From contig NMRA01000222.1 in the NCBI GenBank assembly GCA_002633005.1, forward strand, positions 463,635-527,634: a stretch of DNA of 64,000 nt, in the 5' to 3' direction. The position numbers and the translations under genes were made by a program. The stretch comes from Phoronis australis (taxonomy: Eukaryota; Animalia; Phoronida). The notes beneath the pieces are model-generated. The model did no database searches. It was not told the DNA's origin and saw only the letters and a list, made by a program, of their open reading frames with translations. Positions 1-13,300 of the stretch are shown one piece after another; position 1 is the first letter of the stretch, and each line of letters begins with the position of its first letter.

Positions 1-1186
1 TCCTTTTACTATTTGTATCTAATGTACCAATTAACAGCTCCGAACGTGGTACCCCGGGTTTTTTTAGTCCTCCTGCTTTTTTGTTAGTAAAAGGTCCACA
101 TCGTCGGCAATTCGAGCCTCCCATATTAAAGGCTAGGTGCGCGCATGAAAAAGGACAACCTGGGACACATAGCATTGCCAAAAAGAGATACATGATGTAG
201 ATCTACCTGTAGTACACAAAGTGTGAAAATGATAACAGACCTTAGAAAGAATGTTTAAGGTCGCATAAATATGCTGCATAGCATGCAAATCAAACTTCAA
301 GGATATGTTTCAACTGAGTCTTAGTTTACATACCAAATTAAAATGTATGAATCGAAGTAAGCCTAGTATAAATGAGTTTAAAAGCAACTTTTACAAATGA
401 GCATTCGTCAGCCCAGACGAAAAACTACGAGCCTCTAATGCAAGTTCTTAGTCGATAAACCTTAGCAGCCAATGAAAATGATATGTTGCATCACCTGAAA
501 ACAAGAGTTCTCTCTCGCTGGTTCATTGTAACCACGCGGACTCGATTTACGCTGTTTAGTACCGGCGAAAGCAGTAAATAGGTCAGCAAGCATCGAACTA
601 AACCCCCTAAAAAATTCTGTCCGCTTCAGATAACTTGCGGTATTTTCTTCAAAAATGGGCATAAATCATAAATCACTTCTAAACTTATTTATTTCTGCAT
701 CGAATGCTGGTAAATGTTTTGTTATTAATGCACAGTGCGTTTTACAGGGTGTCCTAAATTTACCACTACAGCAGTAGTGCTCTTAAGTCTATGCAGGTTA
801 CACGCACATATCGTTTAGAACACACTGACCTATTCACTACGTTCGAAGTAACGAGCGTAAGTGTAGTCCACACGATTGCAGTAAGTCAACGCGAGAGATC
901 TGTTCCTATCTGGTGATGTTATAATTATTTCTAATTGGCTGCCCCACGATGTGTTGTTTCTACGCACGCCAGGTGAGAAAGTCAGCAAGTGCGAGAATCG
1001 CCTCACCACTTCGCGAGGCACAACCTTCACGGTTCATNTTTGCTGCAGAAATGAGCTATGAGCTGGGTTAATTTTCGTTCGATGTGCATGGTTCTTCGTC
1101 TGCGCTCACCCTTATAGGCGAACAGTTTGACGATGATACCCCTTCACAGTACAAATTAACCATAGCACCACACTCGAATTACGTAC

Positions 1187-1341
1187 CTGCCAGTTAGCCC
1201 AAGGAAAGATCATACCCAGCGTGAATACCCCGAGTAATGGACCGCCTATCATACCAAATAAGGCAAGAGCCGCCTGAAGCACACCACCTAGCTGAGCAGC
1301 CACAAATGTCAAGGCGATGCAGATGACGCCGTACACTATAG
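1187..1341 (-). CDS. SLC5A8: SLC5A8-like exon 9 (155 nt, [24 protein letters not shown]...FPWANWQ)
   Basis: Acceptor GTTTTGTAG, donor CAG|GTACGT. Confidence 0.94.
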
Positions 1342-4300
1342 CTACAAAACAAATCCAATGTGAATAAAATCTTCAAGACGACGGTTACAAAAGACAGTTG
1401 AAAGAAAGTTACGTAGCGACATAGGGAAGGGTGAGAAGACTTACCCAAAATTTTCGACACCAGAGTCGCTCTTTCTTCGCTTATGTCTGGTTTGATATAG
1501 ATTTTCACGAGATCAGTCAGAGCCACGGCTGCCAACGAATTTAGGCCAGATGAAATTGTACTAAAGAAAATAAATATTAAGTGTGTTAAACAATGTGTGG
1601 ATCATAAAAAGTTAATAAGAAAACAATTCCCGTTTTTAAGACAATACGCCTTTCTCTAATTGCAATGTTGGCCTGAAAGGCTAAGGCTGCGGCGGACCCG
1701 CAGCCTGTCCTTAAAAGGGATACGACACAGCCATCGATACCCAACGATTTCCCCCAGGTCACAATTGTTTTTTCCACAATGGCCGGCAGCCGACACTGAT
1801 TTTTAGGTCTCGTCATCGATTCTTACGGTTCGATCAGAAGCAATATTCATTTAAACTGAACTTAGCGTACCCCGACTACAGGTAGGCGAACTCTCAAGTA
1901 ATTTTTAGGTCACGTGGTCACTAAGATACGTGATTTATAGTGCATTTCCAGATCCCGAGATAATTTTCCTCAGTGTGTCGCTATACGTAAACGGTCTTCT
2001 GGCGCGCCGCATTGTCACACCATCTGGATCGACAGCAGAAAGAATGATTCGAACACTTTTTCGTTTCACCACTAAGCCATTAGTGACACATTTGTGGTAC
2101 ACGAATCTATAACCATATTGCTGCCCTGCCATCGATATTTGTCGGTCTATGGAACCAATCACATCATCAATGCCTGAATAACTGTTACGACACGCGAGTC
2201 CTAACCTTGACAACAAACGCCGAAGGTGCCTAACGCTAACAACGGTACCATAGCGATACCTGAGCATGTCTACTGTTTCTTTTTGCGGCAGCCCTAAGTT
2301 GAAATTGAAAAGATCTCTGACAGCTTCATCTCTACCCAAATTGGAATATTCTTGGTAACAGAAAACAAGGCCTATCACGAGTGACCGATTTTATAGCAGT
2401 AAGGGGCCTAATTCTATTTTGTTTTTCAGCCAGCAAAATTGGTGGTACTGCAGTTTTAAGCGGAAGGAGTATCTTTAAAATCAGCCCATTAACACCACAC
2501 ATGTAAATCTGTTCTGTCCTTTTCTCAGATTAAAACTGAAATAAACGCGCAACGTCACCTTTGGGGCCACCGTAGCATCGGTAGTCAGAACTTTCGAAGT
2601 CATGGTCATCCGTTGTCACGTCCGAAGGAAAACAATGCCAAACTTAACAAAGATTCTGCAGACTACAGAGATACAACCACGGACGCTACAAAAATGCCAC
2701 TTAAGTGCGCCACAGTTGTTGGACCGCTCCGAAAATCAACTACAGCCGTGGTTTGAACACGAATTTCCATGATGAACCTTCGAGCGGTTTGGTGGATGGA
2801 GAGACCGACGACAAACAATTAACTCTTGAAAATAAGAAATGACCATCAGGTGACACAGAACTTGTCAGATTCGTCTAAAAATGACAAGGCGTCGCCATTT
2901 CTTTAATGGACCTATTTCATGGACCAATTTGGCAAATTTCCTTAAAATCCGTCAAGGGAAACGCGAAGAACTAAAATCGCCACTAGGGGCATAGTGGTAG
3001 TCGTGACTGTCGTCAGCTTCATAGGATAACCCCTCTCAAATCTCATTAAATCTTTACAAAGGGTTTAGGAAATACAGCCGCAAAATCTGGGCGTACAGAC
3101 ATAGATGACGGCAATATGCACCCAGGTATGTATATGTGGGCGCATAGCAAGGGGAACTACGGAAGATCAGTTGCGCATTCATCGCTGGTATTTTACCCTG
3201 TTTGCCAATTTCACTGTACCAACATTGCAACTTCAAATGCAACAACGCATTACAATGGTGATCTACATGTACATAATAATTAGGATATGCGTTAGTGACT
3301 TAAACATTTGCATATGAAGAAGCTGGAAAAATGCTTGACACGTGTGTTGCATTGTGGGTAAATACCATAGAATGAGAGTGGTGCTATTTCAGGACGGACC
3401 CATTGGGCACAAAAAAGAAAAGTTTGTCAGTGCTTGTGGAAAATTGCAATAGCCACCAGGGGAATAACCGGTTGATTAAAATATTCCTTCGAGTAGAAAA
3501 ACACTTACCTTAGAGCCCCACTGAACAAACATGCGGTAAACAGCCCGGGAATGCCAGGAAGAAAGCTCAAGATCTCCATAACAAACAGAGGAAACAGCTA
3601 AAATTAGAATAGCGAGCAAAATTCTAACAAAAACAGTACCCAAATTAAAATGTTGTAAACAAGATCGACAGCAGAAATCTACTAAAGAATGCGAACGTTG
3701 TAAAATTTCTACCCGCAGAAAGGAATACATACCTACGCTACTCATTATGCGTCGTGAACTTACTGTGTATTGACAATTGTAAAAACGCACCAAGCCACAA
3801 GCCGGGGGGCACAAAAGTTGAACACAATCTTTTTATTTATATATCAGACACAGAAAGCCGAGGCATAAGCGTAAGATATGGTCAACATCAGCTTCGACAG
3901 TGCTATTTCCTCATGGCCAACAGCAACGCATTGGACAAGACAGATGGACAAAACGGATAATATGTCGACTTCCACATACATGCATTTATAAACGCATTAG
4001 GCGGTGTGGGGGCAACTGCCTCCTCAGGTTAGGGGAAAATTATGTCAAGTTCGGAATAAAAAAAGAAAAAAAAAGACAGAGCAGTATCAAGCGGGAAAAA
4101 ACAGCATCGCAATAGGCTACTGAAGCCGCAACGGACAGAGAAGACATAATGGATAATGTGGACTTTTCGAGTGAAACCAGCTGTGTGGATTAGGCTGTCA
4201 GACGTGACTTTTTAGGATTGTCAGCAAATTTTACATACGGCTATCGTACCTCTAAGTATTAAACGTCGTAAACAAGGATTTCTTTAATTATTTTAGATAA

Positions 4301-7300
4301 ACGTTTAACGCTAAAGCCTACGCAACAGACTACCAGTGTATGCATTAAAATTCACGTTTACTCGCCAAAAATTCGGAGAATATCTTGGAGGAGGTCCCCG
4401 AACCTAAGTCGAACAACTCTACACAAACGAGTTAAGGCAACACGGTCCGGAAGCTCACGGTCCAACATTTGTGTGCATTCAGTTCGGAATCGCCGAAACC
4501 GTGGTGTCATTGGGAAATACGGATTCAAAAAAAACTTGCCTTAGTTAAGAGACAGCACTCAGCATGTCATTGCTTTCTGATTTACATGTTAATGCGACTA
4601 CACAAAAAGACTGAAACTCGTGATTCGTGAATAATTTTTCCAGTTATAAATAAATCTCGTAAGAAATTTAAGTTTCAAAGAATTTGATACAGGTTGAAAT
4701 TCGGCAACATCTATATAACGATTTTGTGAATGTAAACTATCCACTGCCAAACAGGATGTCGTAAGAGGGGGGGGGGACAACGCTTGTGGAAGGCAAAACC
4801 CTCGTGTAATACCTAAAATTGGGGCAGTAGTGTCCAGATCCAGGAGTCCTCCAAATCCGCCTATGGGTAATGCATAAAGTCCCAGAGCATTTTCAATCAA
4901 GTGTACGAAAAAAGCAAAGCAAAGATAGGCCTAATCATACACGGATAGACAAATGAATAATAGACGCCTATAAGTGATCTTTTGAGATGGCCAGCAATTC
5001 AGGCACAAAGAAACAATTTACTAGCAAGAAATCCAACTGAAAATTAAATCTCGTACTCAAGCATTTCAGTGACCACTTTCAATTTCATACCTGGTCCTTT
5101 GACAATATCTCCTGATTGAGTATTGGATCGCAGTCCTTATAGTTGGCGTAGATGACCAGTCCACACAAAGCACACAGTAGAGCGAGTAGGCCCAGACCTG
5201 GGAGGTTTATCCACATAGCACTGTAAAGAGAGTTCTTTGATGGTGCGAAAGATAGCTTTGTACACACAAATTGGTAGCTTCGATTCTTTACTCTAAAGGG
5301 AGAAATCGTGCCTCGAACTGCAGTTCGGATATCTCAGAGCATCGCTGCCCATCCTCTCCCACCCTTCCGCCGCCACCAGTTTCACCTTCTTTTATACCAG
5401 CAGAATTTGTTTTTCACAATTTTCGTGCCCGAATATGAAAGACAATAGGCTCCCTCGCCCACTAAGCATATGACAATACCGGTCGCCAAAAATTGACCCA
5501 AGACCTAAATGCCAATTAATGCAGTTGAGGTCACGTATCGTAACCGGAGAATCACCAGTCTACTCGTGCTGCCGCAAAAACATAGCAAGCGGAACGTTGT
5601 CTTCCGAAGATACGATTTTGAACAGACTCGCTTTAATCAGCAATCGAATGAAACAAACTGAGAATAAATTTGAGCATTACGTGACGAATATCATCGAGAT
5701 ATAGTCTACTCACATTTGAGCTTGTCTCAGTTTTGGCACTGACAGCGCCCTCTGCACCTGCGCCTGGTTGACTCCGTAAATGGCCGTCCACGTGAAAATG
5801 CCTCCAACTGCGAGAGACCAGAACGTATGTCGCACGGCTGGATTGGGATCAAACATCATGGTCACGCTAAAAAAAGACACTACACGTAACGAAAGTCAAA
5901 TGTAACAAACAATGTTGACGAAATTGATGGCGGCGACGATTGTAGGAGGTGATGTTGATGACGATTTTGACTATAAGAACACTGAAATGAACGATGACAA
6001 TAGTTGGCATTGATAAAGAAATTAGGCCTATGAGTAAAAAGGTAAATGTATCACATCGATTGAATCATGTATCGTCAAAGTTCCAAAAAGGCACACCATT
6101 TAAACTTCGCGTAAGATAAATGACTAAAGATAAGATTTTCGAAGTACAGCGAATTCCTACTTGTAGAAGTCGATCCTGCCGCTGTTAGTAGCAATCTCCC
6201 AAACTCTGCCAAAGCCCCCCTCCTCAATACTGCCCTGTATAAGAACAGCCAGGATACCAGCAAACATACAGAAGATCTGGAACACGTCCGTCCACATCAC
6301 CGCTTTCATGCCACCCTGTAAGAGTATTGAGTTTTAAAGGACGCATTACAAAAAGTCAATATACCCCGTCAAATAATTCAAATAAATGACACTTGNCTAC
6401 AAGAACACTGAAATTAACGATGACAATGGTCGATGAATGGTTGGCATTGATAAAGAAATTAGGACTATGAGTAAAAAGGTAAATGTATCACATCGAGTGA
6501 ATCATGTATCGTCAACGTTCCAAAAAGGCACACCATTTAAACTTCGCGTAAGATAAATGACTAAAGATAAGATTTTCGAAGTACAGCGAATTCCTACTTG
6601 TAGAAGTCGATCCTGCCGCTGTTAGTAGCAATCTCCCAAACTCTGCCAAAGCCCCCCTCCTCAATACTGCCCTGTATAAGAACAGCCAGGATACCAGCAA
6701 ACATACAGAAGATCTGGAACACGTCCGTCCACATCACCGCTTTCATGCCACCCTGTAAGAGTATTGAGTTTTAAAGGACGCATTACAAAAAGTCAATATA
6801 CCCCGTCAAATAATTCAAATAAATGACACTTGGCTATTTGGACAATCAGCTTCTTGGTCTGAAGTGTTGGCGTTTCCTCAAAGCGTCATTGAAATTAGCA
6901 ACATCTCCGAATGGAAATCAAAAATACTTTCCGATATCAAAAACAACACTGGTTTAATGAGCATGGGTATCAAATTCAATTGCGCGACATCTGGTGGGTA
7001 TCAAATTCAATTGCGCGACATCTGGTGTCAACAAACCGAGCTCTACTTAACTTGATTTTGGAGGCAAGGCGTAAGGCAAGACATTTGTTCAAGGTCAGGT
7101 GCATTTCTTTTCTCAATGGGTACACTTGACAGAGTTCCCTGTTCCGCTAGGTCAACTGTTTACGACATCTTATTGGTACTCGAGGACGACCCGGCGCCGC
7201 GTACCGACCAAGTCAATCACTGATTGACTTGGTCGGTACGCCTATCTACATAGGCCATCGATGAAGACTGAAAATTGTTTCGAACGAGCTTGCTCCTCAA

Positions 7301-10300
7301 TAGGAAATATAAAAGGAACACTTCTAACCAACCAGGAAAAACTTGGGGCAAGTTTTATAATGATTCGTGGCCTCATTCAAAGGTCTGTGATCGGCTGACA
7401 ATGCATGTCGTCAATGACATGTGGTTTGTGACAGTGGCCTTTAAGCGGCAATAAACCCGCTTTCCCGTCCAAGACCAGGCGAAATTAAACTACTTATTTC
7501 AGTCACAGGTGACTGAGAAATGATTTCTTAGCTTCCAAGGAACTGACAGTTCGCTATTTCTTGAGACCATGCATGCGCGACGCCATGACAAGCCAACTTG
7601 TACAGTGCCTGGCGTGAGTTCAGTAACGATAGGACCTATGCTAAGACCTAGATAAAATCTAGCCAAAGTCATGTGTTATCACTTAAAATACACGGCAATA
7701 TCTCACGTTATCTCGCAAGTCTTGCTTTTTAGCGAGGTCCCAGCGTTACTGAATGGAGGCTGGTCTCCGGCAAGCAATTACGAACTGTCAGTTCTTCTGC
7801 AGCTCTGAAATCGCCTTTAGTTTAACTAAGGAATAATGTGAAACCACTTTTTTACTTTAAAGGGTTTAAATGAGAACTTGTTTTCGTGATAGACGGCGGG
7901 TCCATAGTCACTTTAAGCAAGAACACAAACTTAGCGTTTGTCGCGCAACGACGGCGGTGTTGCTGTTCAGGGTTTTTTTCTGAGATACCATGACGGCGGC
8001 TATGAATTCACAAACCGAAACACCTTTTGTGTACAATGAGTTATTAGCTTTAGTTACAGCGCAACTTCTATGAAGTTCATGCTTACGGTTGTGATATTGA
8101 CCTGGGCAAATTTATATGTGTTTGTTTTCAAACTGATAAGAAAAGCGAGTTTTCGCGACGGCGTTAAACATTTCTGATAAAATGTCCTTGACGATAAGTT
8201 AAATTCGCCGGCTACAAATCGTACACAGATGGAGCTTGTTGTGCACTCAGCATTCGTGTGAAATGGCAATCCAAAAAAGCTTTACTAAATTTTCAACGCC
8301 ACGATGGAAAATATGTTGTCACTTTCACACGAATATTACGGTGTTTTCACGAACTGTAATATACTTGTACGCACATCAATACGTGCAAGACATTGCAGTC
8401 AAATTATCCGTTAATCCGATAGCCGGCGGGACTTCCGATTTAAACAGAAACGGAAAGATTCCACGTCAAAGCAAACACGTAGTGTTTAAGAATTAATGCC
8501 ATAACTCGTGTGCAAGCGCCACTGTTTACTGAAGTGTTACCCAGAACCATTGTCGAGTATGAAATGATCGGAATTACAAACCATACTGAAATGCTGGAAA
8601 ATGGTATAATTAGCCGCTGGCTTGTTATTGGCTATCCAGTGCACCAGCGTGAATGGCGAAATGCGCGCGGTTTTGTTTTTTCCATCGGGTAGACATATTT
8701 TGTCGTTTGTGCTCCAGATTTTGGAGTTATTTTAAGACATTTTCGCTATGATGAGGCGCTGTGTTCTAGGTGGATGTGTTAACAAGAATTTCAATCACAC
8801 TATGGCATTCTCTGTCTTTTCACGGGATAAAGTCATCGCTATGAAATAGCTCAAGTTTGTGAGTGATGCAATTGAGACCTGGAATAAATCAGTCGAAGAC
8901 TTGCCATGCTTGTTAATTCCTTGGCTTGTATCGATAACTTCGTGTAGTGTTGCTTTGACGACAGTTTTGTAGCCTTGCCGAGACCACCCGACCAGGGAAT
9001 CTAGCCAGTGACCTCTAATAGAACCGGCAAGCCTCCTGATCATTCGGATAACTTACAAATAATGCTAGTTAGCGAGTGGCTGACGGAGGCTCACTTTATG
9101 CTTTACCGGAAGCACCAATGCCGTTATTTTTCGGTTATAGTCTGTCTTATTCGACATTGAAGATTATGAATGGGTATAACAGTTTATAGGAGTCTTATCA
9201 GTAGGCTAACATGTCGAAAGTATCAATGAAAACGATCTCGAGTAACACTTAAACTGCTACACGTACATCGCATTTCCCGACCGGCGACTAACAATGCTTC
9301 TTACCGGTTGGGATTATACAATAGGCCACTTACCACGGTGATAACCGTTGCCTGTCCGTGGCAACATTCTTTCTTGCCCATTTCAGCCATTGCGGATTAT
9401 AAAAACTAAGCCCGTTATTGAAAATCGAGTTTTTTTTCATTTTTGAACGAAAAAAATAGGTTAACTACAACAGAAGAAAAGAGCAATAACGCGCACTGTA
9501 ACTGCTGTCCCTTTGTTGACATGCCTCAGCCTTTAAAGCAGGCAACCTGCCTGATCAACGCAGTGGGGGTAATATTGGGACCTGTACACCACCGCTTGTC
9601 GTAATGATCTACCCCAAAGAATGCAGTGAATGAGGGAGCGCATTTTACTGTCGAGTCCTCATAGAGCGCTACTGCAATGAACCAATTTTGTGTTTTGTTC
9701 GTTTTTTCTTAACTGACATTGCTTTTAAGTAGGAGTAAACGGGCCAAAATACATGACAAAGTTTCTGTGTTCATATGTATTTTTTATATGAAATGACTTA
9801 AAACTTTTCTTTCTTTGTGAACATAGTGAAGAAAACGTGACAACCGTCCATAATGATTGATGGGTGTTCTGCTAGGCAAAACAGTGAGTACTGTTCTGTG
9901 CCCTAATATCGGTTTTACATAAGAGCAAAAATCCCAATTCGTTTTTCAGCCAAAACAAGCCGAATTACAACTTTAACATAACCAGCGGCTGATCGCATTT
10001 AAAAATAGATCCCGCCAATGACTGCCTTCAATACCAACTTACCAGAGCTGTGTAGAAGGTGCAAACGAGGCCGACGGACATGACTGATATCCAAACGTTC
10101 AGTCCAGTCACTGCATTCAAGGCCAGGGCGGGAGCGTACAACACAATAGACATATACAGGATCTAAAATGAAATGCCTTCGTAAAAGTTAGGTATTCAGA
10201 GTTCAAAGTTGATGTACACAAAACCACGAGCGAGGTCTCCACAGGACTGGAAAATGCGCTACCTTTTCGTAAAATGTGGCGACCGGTATCAGTAGAATAG

Positions 10301-13300
10301 AATGAAATGCACACATGGTTGGTGTATGTGTACTTCAGCGTTTATAAAAACAATACTTTTGGCATGTTTTATCTACCCAGCAACAAAAACTGGTTTCTGT
10401 ACTTTAAACTTTGGGCATGGGGAAGAGCTTCAACAATTTTGTGAACTTTGCACTAGCTACAAAAAATACACTGGAGTGTCACAAAAGCGCAAACTGTGGG
10501 ATTACGGACTGCTTGAACTTGAACATGAGTAAAATAACAAGAGCAACGCGGGGCGTTGAAATGCGCCCACGATAGCACCGCAAAGGGTGTGCTTCTATGA
10601 GTGTTTTTAGTATCATGAAAATGGCCATTAGATGGCGCAGAATGCGTCAAACCCATTCACATCGAGAAGGTGGCGTCGTCTCTGTAAAACACAATTATTT
10701 TTCCAAATTTCATGAAAATAAACCAAGGAACTCCTAAGATATAGAGGCAAACGTAAAAACAATTGACACTAGATGGCACAGATATAGCCTGATTCATCTG
10801 AAACTCATCGTCATCTGTTGCCATCTCTATAGAAGTCCATCTGCCTAATGATTAAGGAGATACTGCAGTAAATGCAAAAAACAAAATTGCCCTTAAGGGG
10901 CGCCAGAATAGTCAAAAACATCCGAAAATCAATATCAGCCAGGTTCTTCGCATCAGGAACACAACCGTCAATTTGCATAGTCGTCCTTTTCAGTGGTTTG
11001 GCTTATACAGAGGCAGACGTCAACAACATACATGTAAGGGAAATTTTAAATGGCCACCAGGTGGCGTAAAAAGCATCAAATCTGTCCGAAAGTGGGAAGG
11101 CGTTGTCGTCTCCTTAATAGAAACCTATAAAACATGAAAACACATTCAATCTACCCTATGATACAGAGGTAAATGTAAAAAAAACATTTTGCTACTAGGG
11201 GTATCAGTGGATTTATTTGGATTAGTCCGACATTTGTTGCAGTTTGTCGTCGGCTCCATACGAACACATCTTTCCAATTGCCACTAGGGGACACAATGAT
11301 ATCTGGGTCAGTTCGACACTCGTTACTGTCAGACGGCTCCATAGGAATACATCTTTCAAATTTCACAAAGCTCCTTTAAGGATTAAGGAGAGATTCGGCC
11401 TCAGACGCCAAAAAANNNNNNNNNNNNNNNNNNNNNNNNNNNNNNNNNNNNNNNNNNNNNNNNNAAAACAAAATCGCCACTAGGGGCGACAAAGTAGTCG
11501 GACCCGTCCGAAAGTTAGCGTCAATCGTGGCCTTCTCATCAGGTACACATCTGTAAATTTTTATAATGATCTTTTGAGCGGTATGGCAGATAGTGAGGCG
11601 GACGCCAGAGAACGGACGCAAAAATAATAAAAAAACACGGTGGCGTTCAAATTCGTTGAATCCGTCCGAAAATGAAATGGTATCATTGCCTGCGTAATAA
11701 AAAAACCTATTTGCCAATTGAAATTTCGTGAAAACCCGTCAAGGAACTCCGAAGATACAGAGGCAAACGTAAAACATAAAATTGCCACTAGGGGGCACAG
11801 CGGTATTCGGGTCGATGCTAAACTCGTCTTCGTCTGTCGTCAGCCACATAGAAAGACACCTGCCATATTTCAACAAGATCCTGCTGTCGTCTCCTTAATA
11901 GAATAGCCACGTATCATGAAATTCATATCAAGAAACTCGGAAGCCACGGAGGTAAATTTGTCAGATCCGTCCAAAAGTCGTCGTCAACCGTTATTATAAT
12001 CGTAGAAAAAAATGGCCAAATTTTGCGAGCATCCTGCTAGGGGTTAATCGATAAATTTAAGTACAAAAATTCCAGTAAGGACGCCTCAGCAGTCGGTCCC
12101 ATCCGAAAAACAAAGCCAGTCGTGGTCTTCTTAATGATCCTTGGAACGGTTTGGAGACGGACACTAAAACTGACTCGTAAATAATATATAAAAATGTTCT
12201 CTACGTGGCCGTCGAATCCGTCCAAAAATGGACAGCGTCTCTAAAAACCTATTTACCTAACTTGATGAAAAGATGACGAGGAACTAGGAAGATACTAAGT
12301 AAATCGTCCCCCACTACGACAACAGAAAAGAAGACGTTTATTTTGGATTGCACAGCTACGGGTTAAATGCGTCCACGTAGCATGAAATATGTCAGTCCAG
12401 ACATACGAATGATACCATTGGTCATCAAAACCTCCCCTTAAAAGTCAAATAAATTGTTAATGGAACGGGACGCATATAAGAATGAGCCACGTTTATCTTC
12501 TACCACACTACATATAGGTGACCCAGGTACATGTAAAATCAAATAGGCAGGCACAACATGTTGAGCTCCACAAGGCATCCGACGCTTGATCTACTAACTA
12601 CGCGTCCAACTTATTTACTATTCATCAAAAACTATGTTCTTGACTACTTCAAAGAGATCAGATTCCAACAAGTCACATACTCACTTCGGACTAAAACGAT
12701 TACATCTTCCTTATGCGACGTCACAAAATGAACGCGAGTCCAGCGACAAACAAAGTAAAATGTTAATTTCTGACAACTGCTTTACAGTTCTTGAACAATC
12801 TGTTTCTCATGCGATAAACAGGATCAACTGTTTTTGTTTTCTGCGAAAAAATCTGACGTTATAATTGTGCTCACTCCGTGTTATGACAATGCATACGCGG
12901 GAAGCGCAGTGAATAACACAAGAAAGTTCTGTAAGATTTTAAAATGATGAATTTTCCAAATTTTAGATCACAATAGGGCAATTTAACAGAGAGTCAGAGT
13001 CACCTAAAACAACCGAAAATGCGCAATTGCCACTTTATCGCAATGCAACACAAACATCGTAGGCAAGATCAAATAATAGAATATCAAACACGTTCTTACC
13101 ATTTGCAAGGAGAAAATGCAAGCGCCCGCCACACGAACCGCACGGCTGAACCTGAGCTCCAGATACTAGAAATAAATAAATAAATTGTAACAAGCATACT
13201 AAACCCTGTTTTGGAGATTCCACCCAGAGGTGGTTATGTCGCCCAAAGCAAGGGCAAGCGCAAACGAAAAGCTGTACGTGTCTCCAATGAATATTAGCTC

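Larger units (their letters stand above)
5971..6832. repeat. Near-identical tandem duplication (5971-6395 and 6397-6832) joined by one N at 6396
   Basis: Copies differ by about five intronic substitutions and an 11-bp indel. Confidence 0.9.

Noticed and set aside
1-1186. Next SLC5 exon
   Set aside because: No phase-0 exon with the expected hydrophobic GAxxG-type sequence found; it presumably lies outside the window
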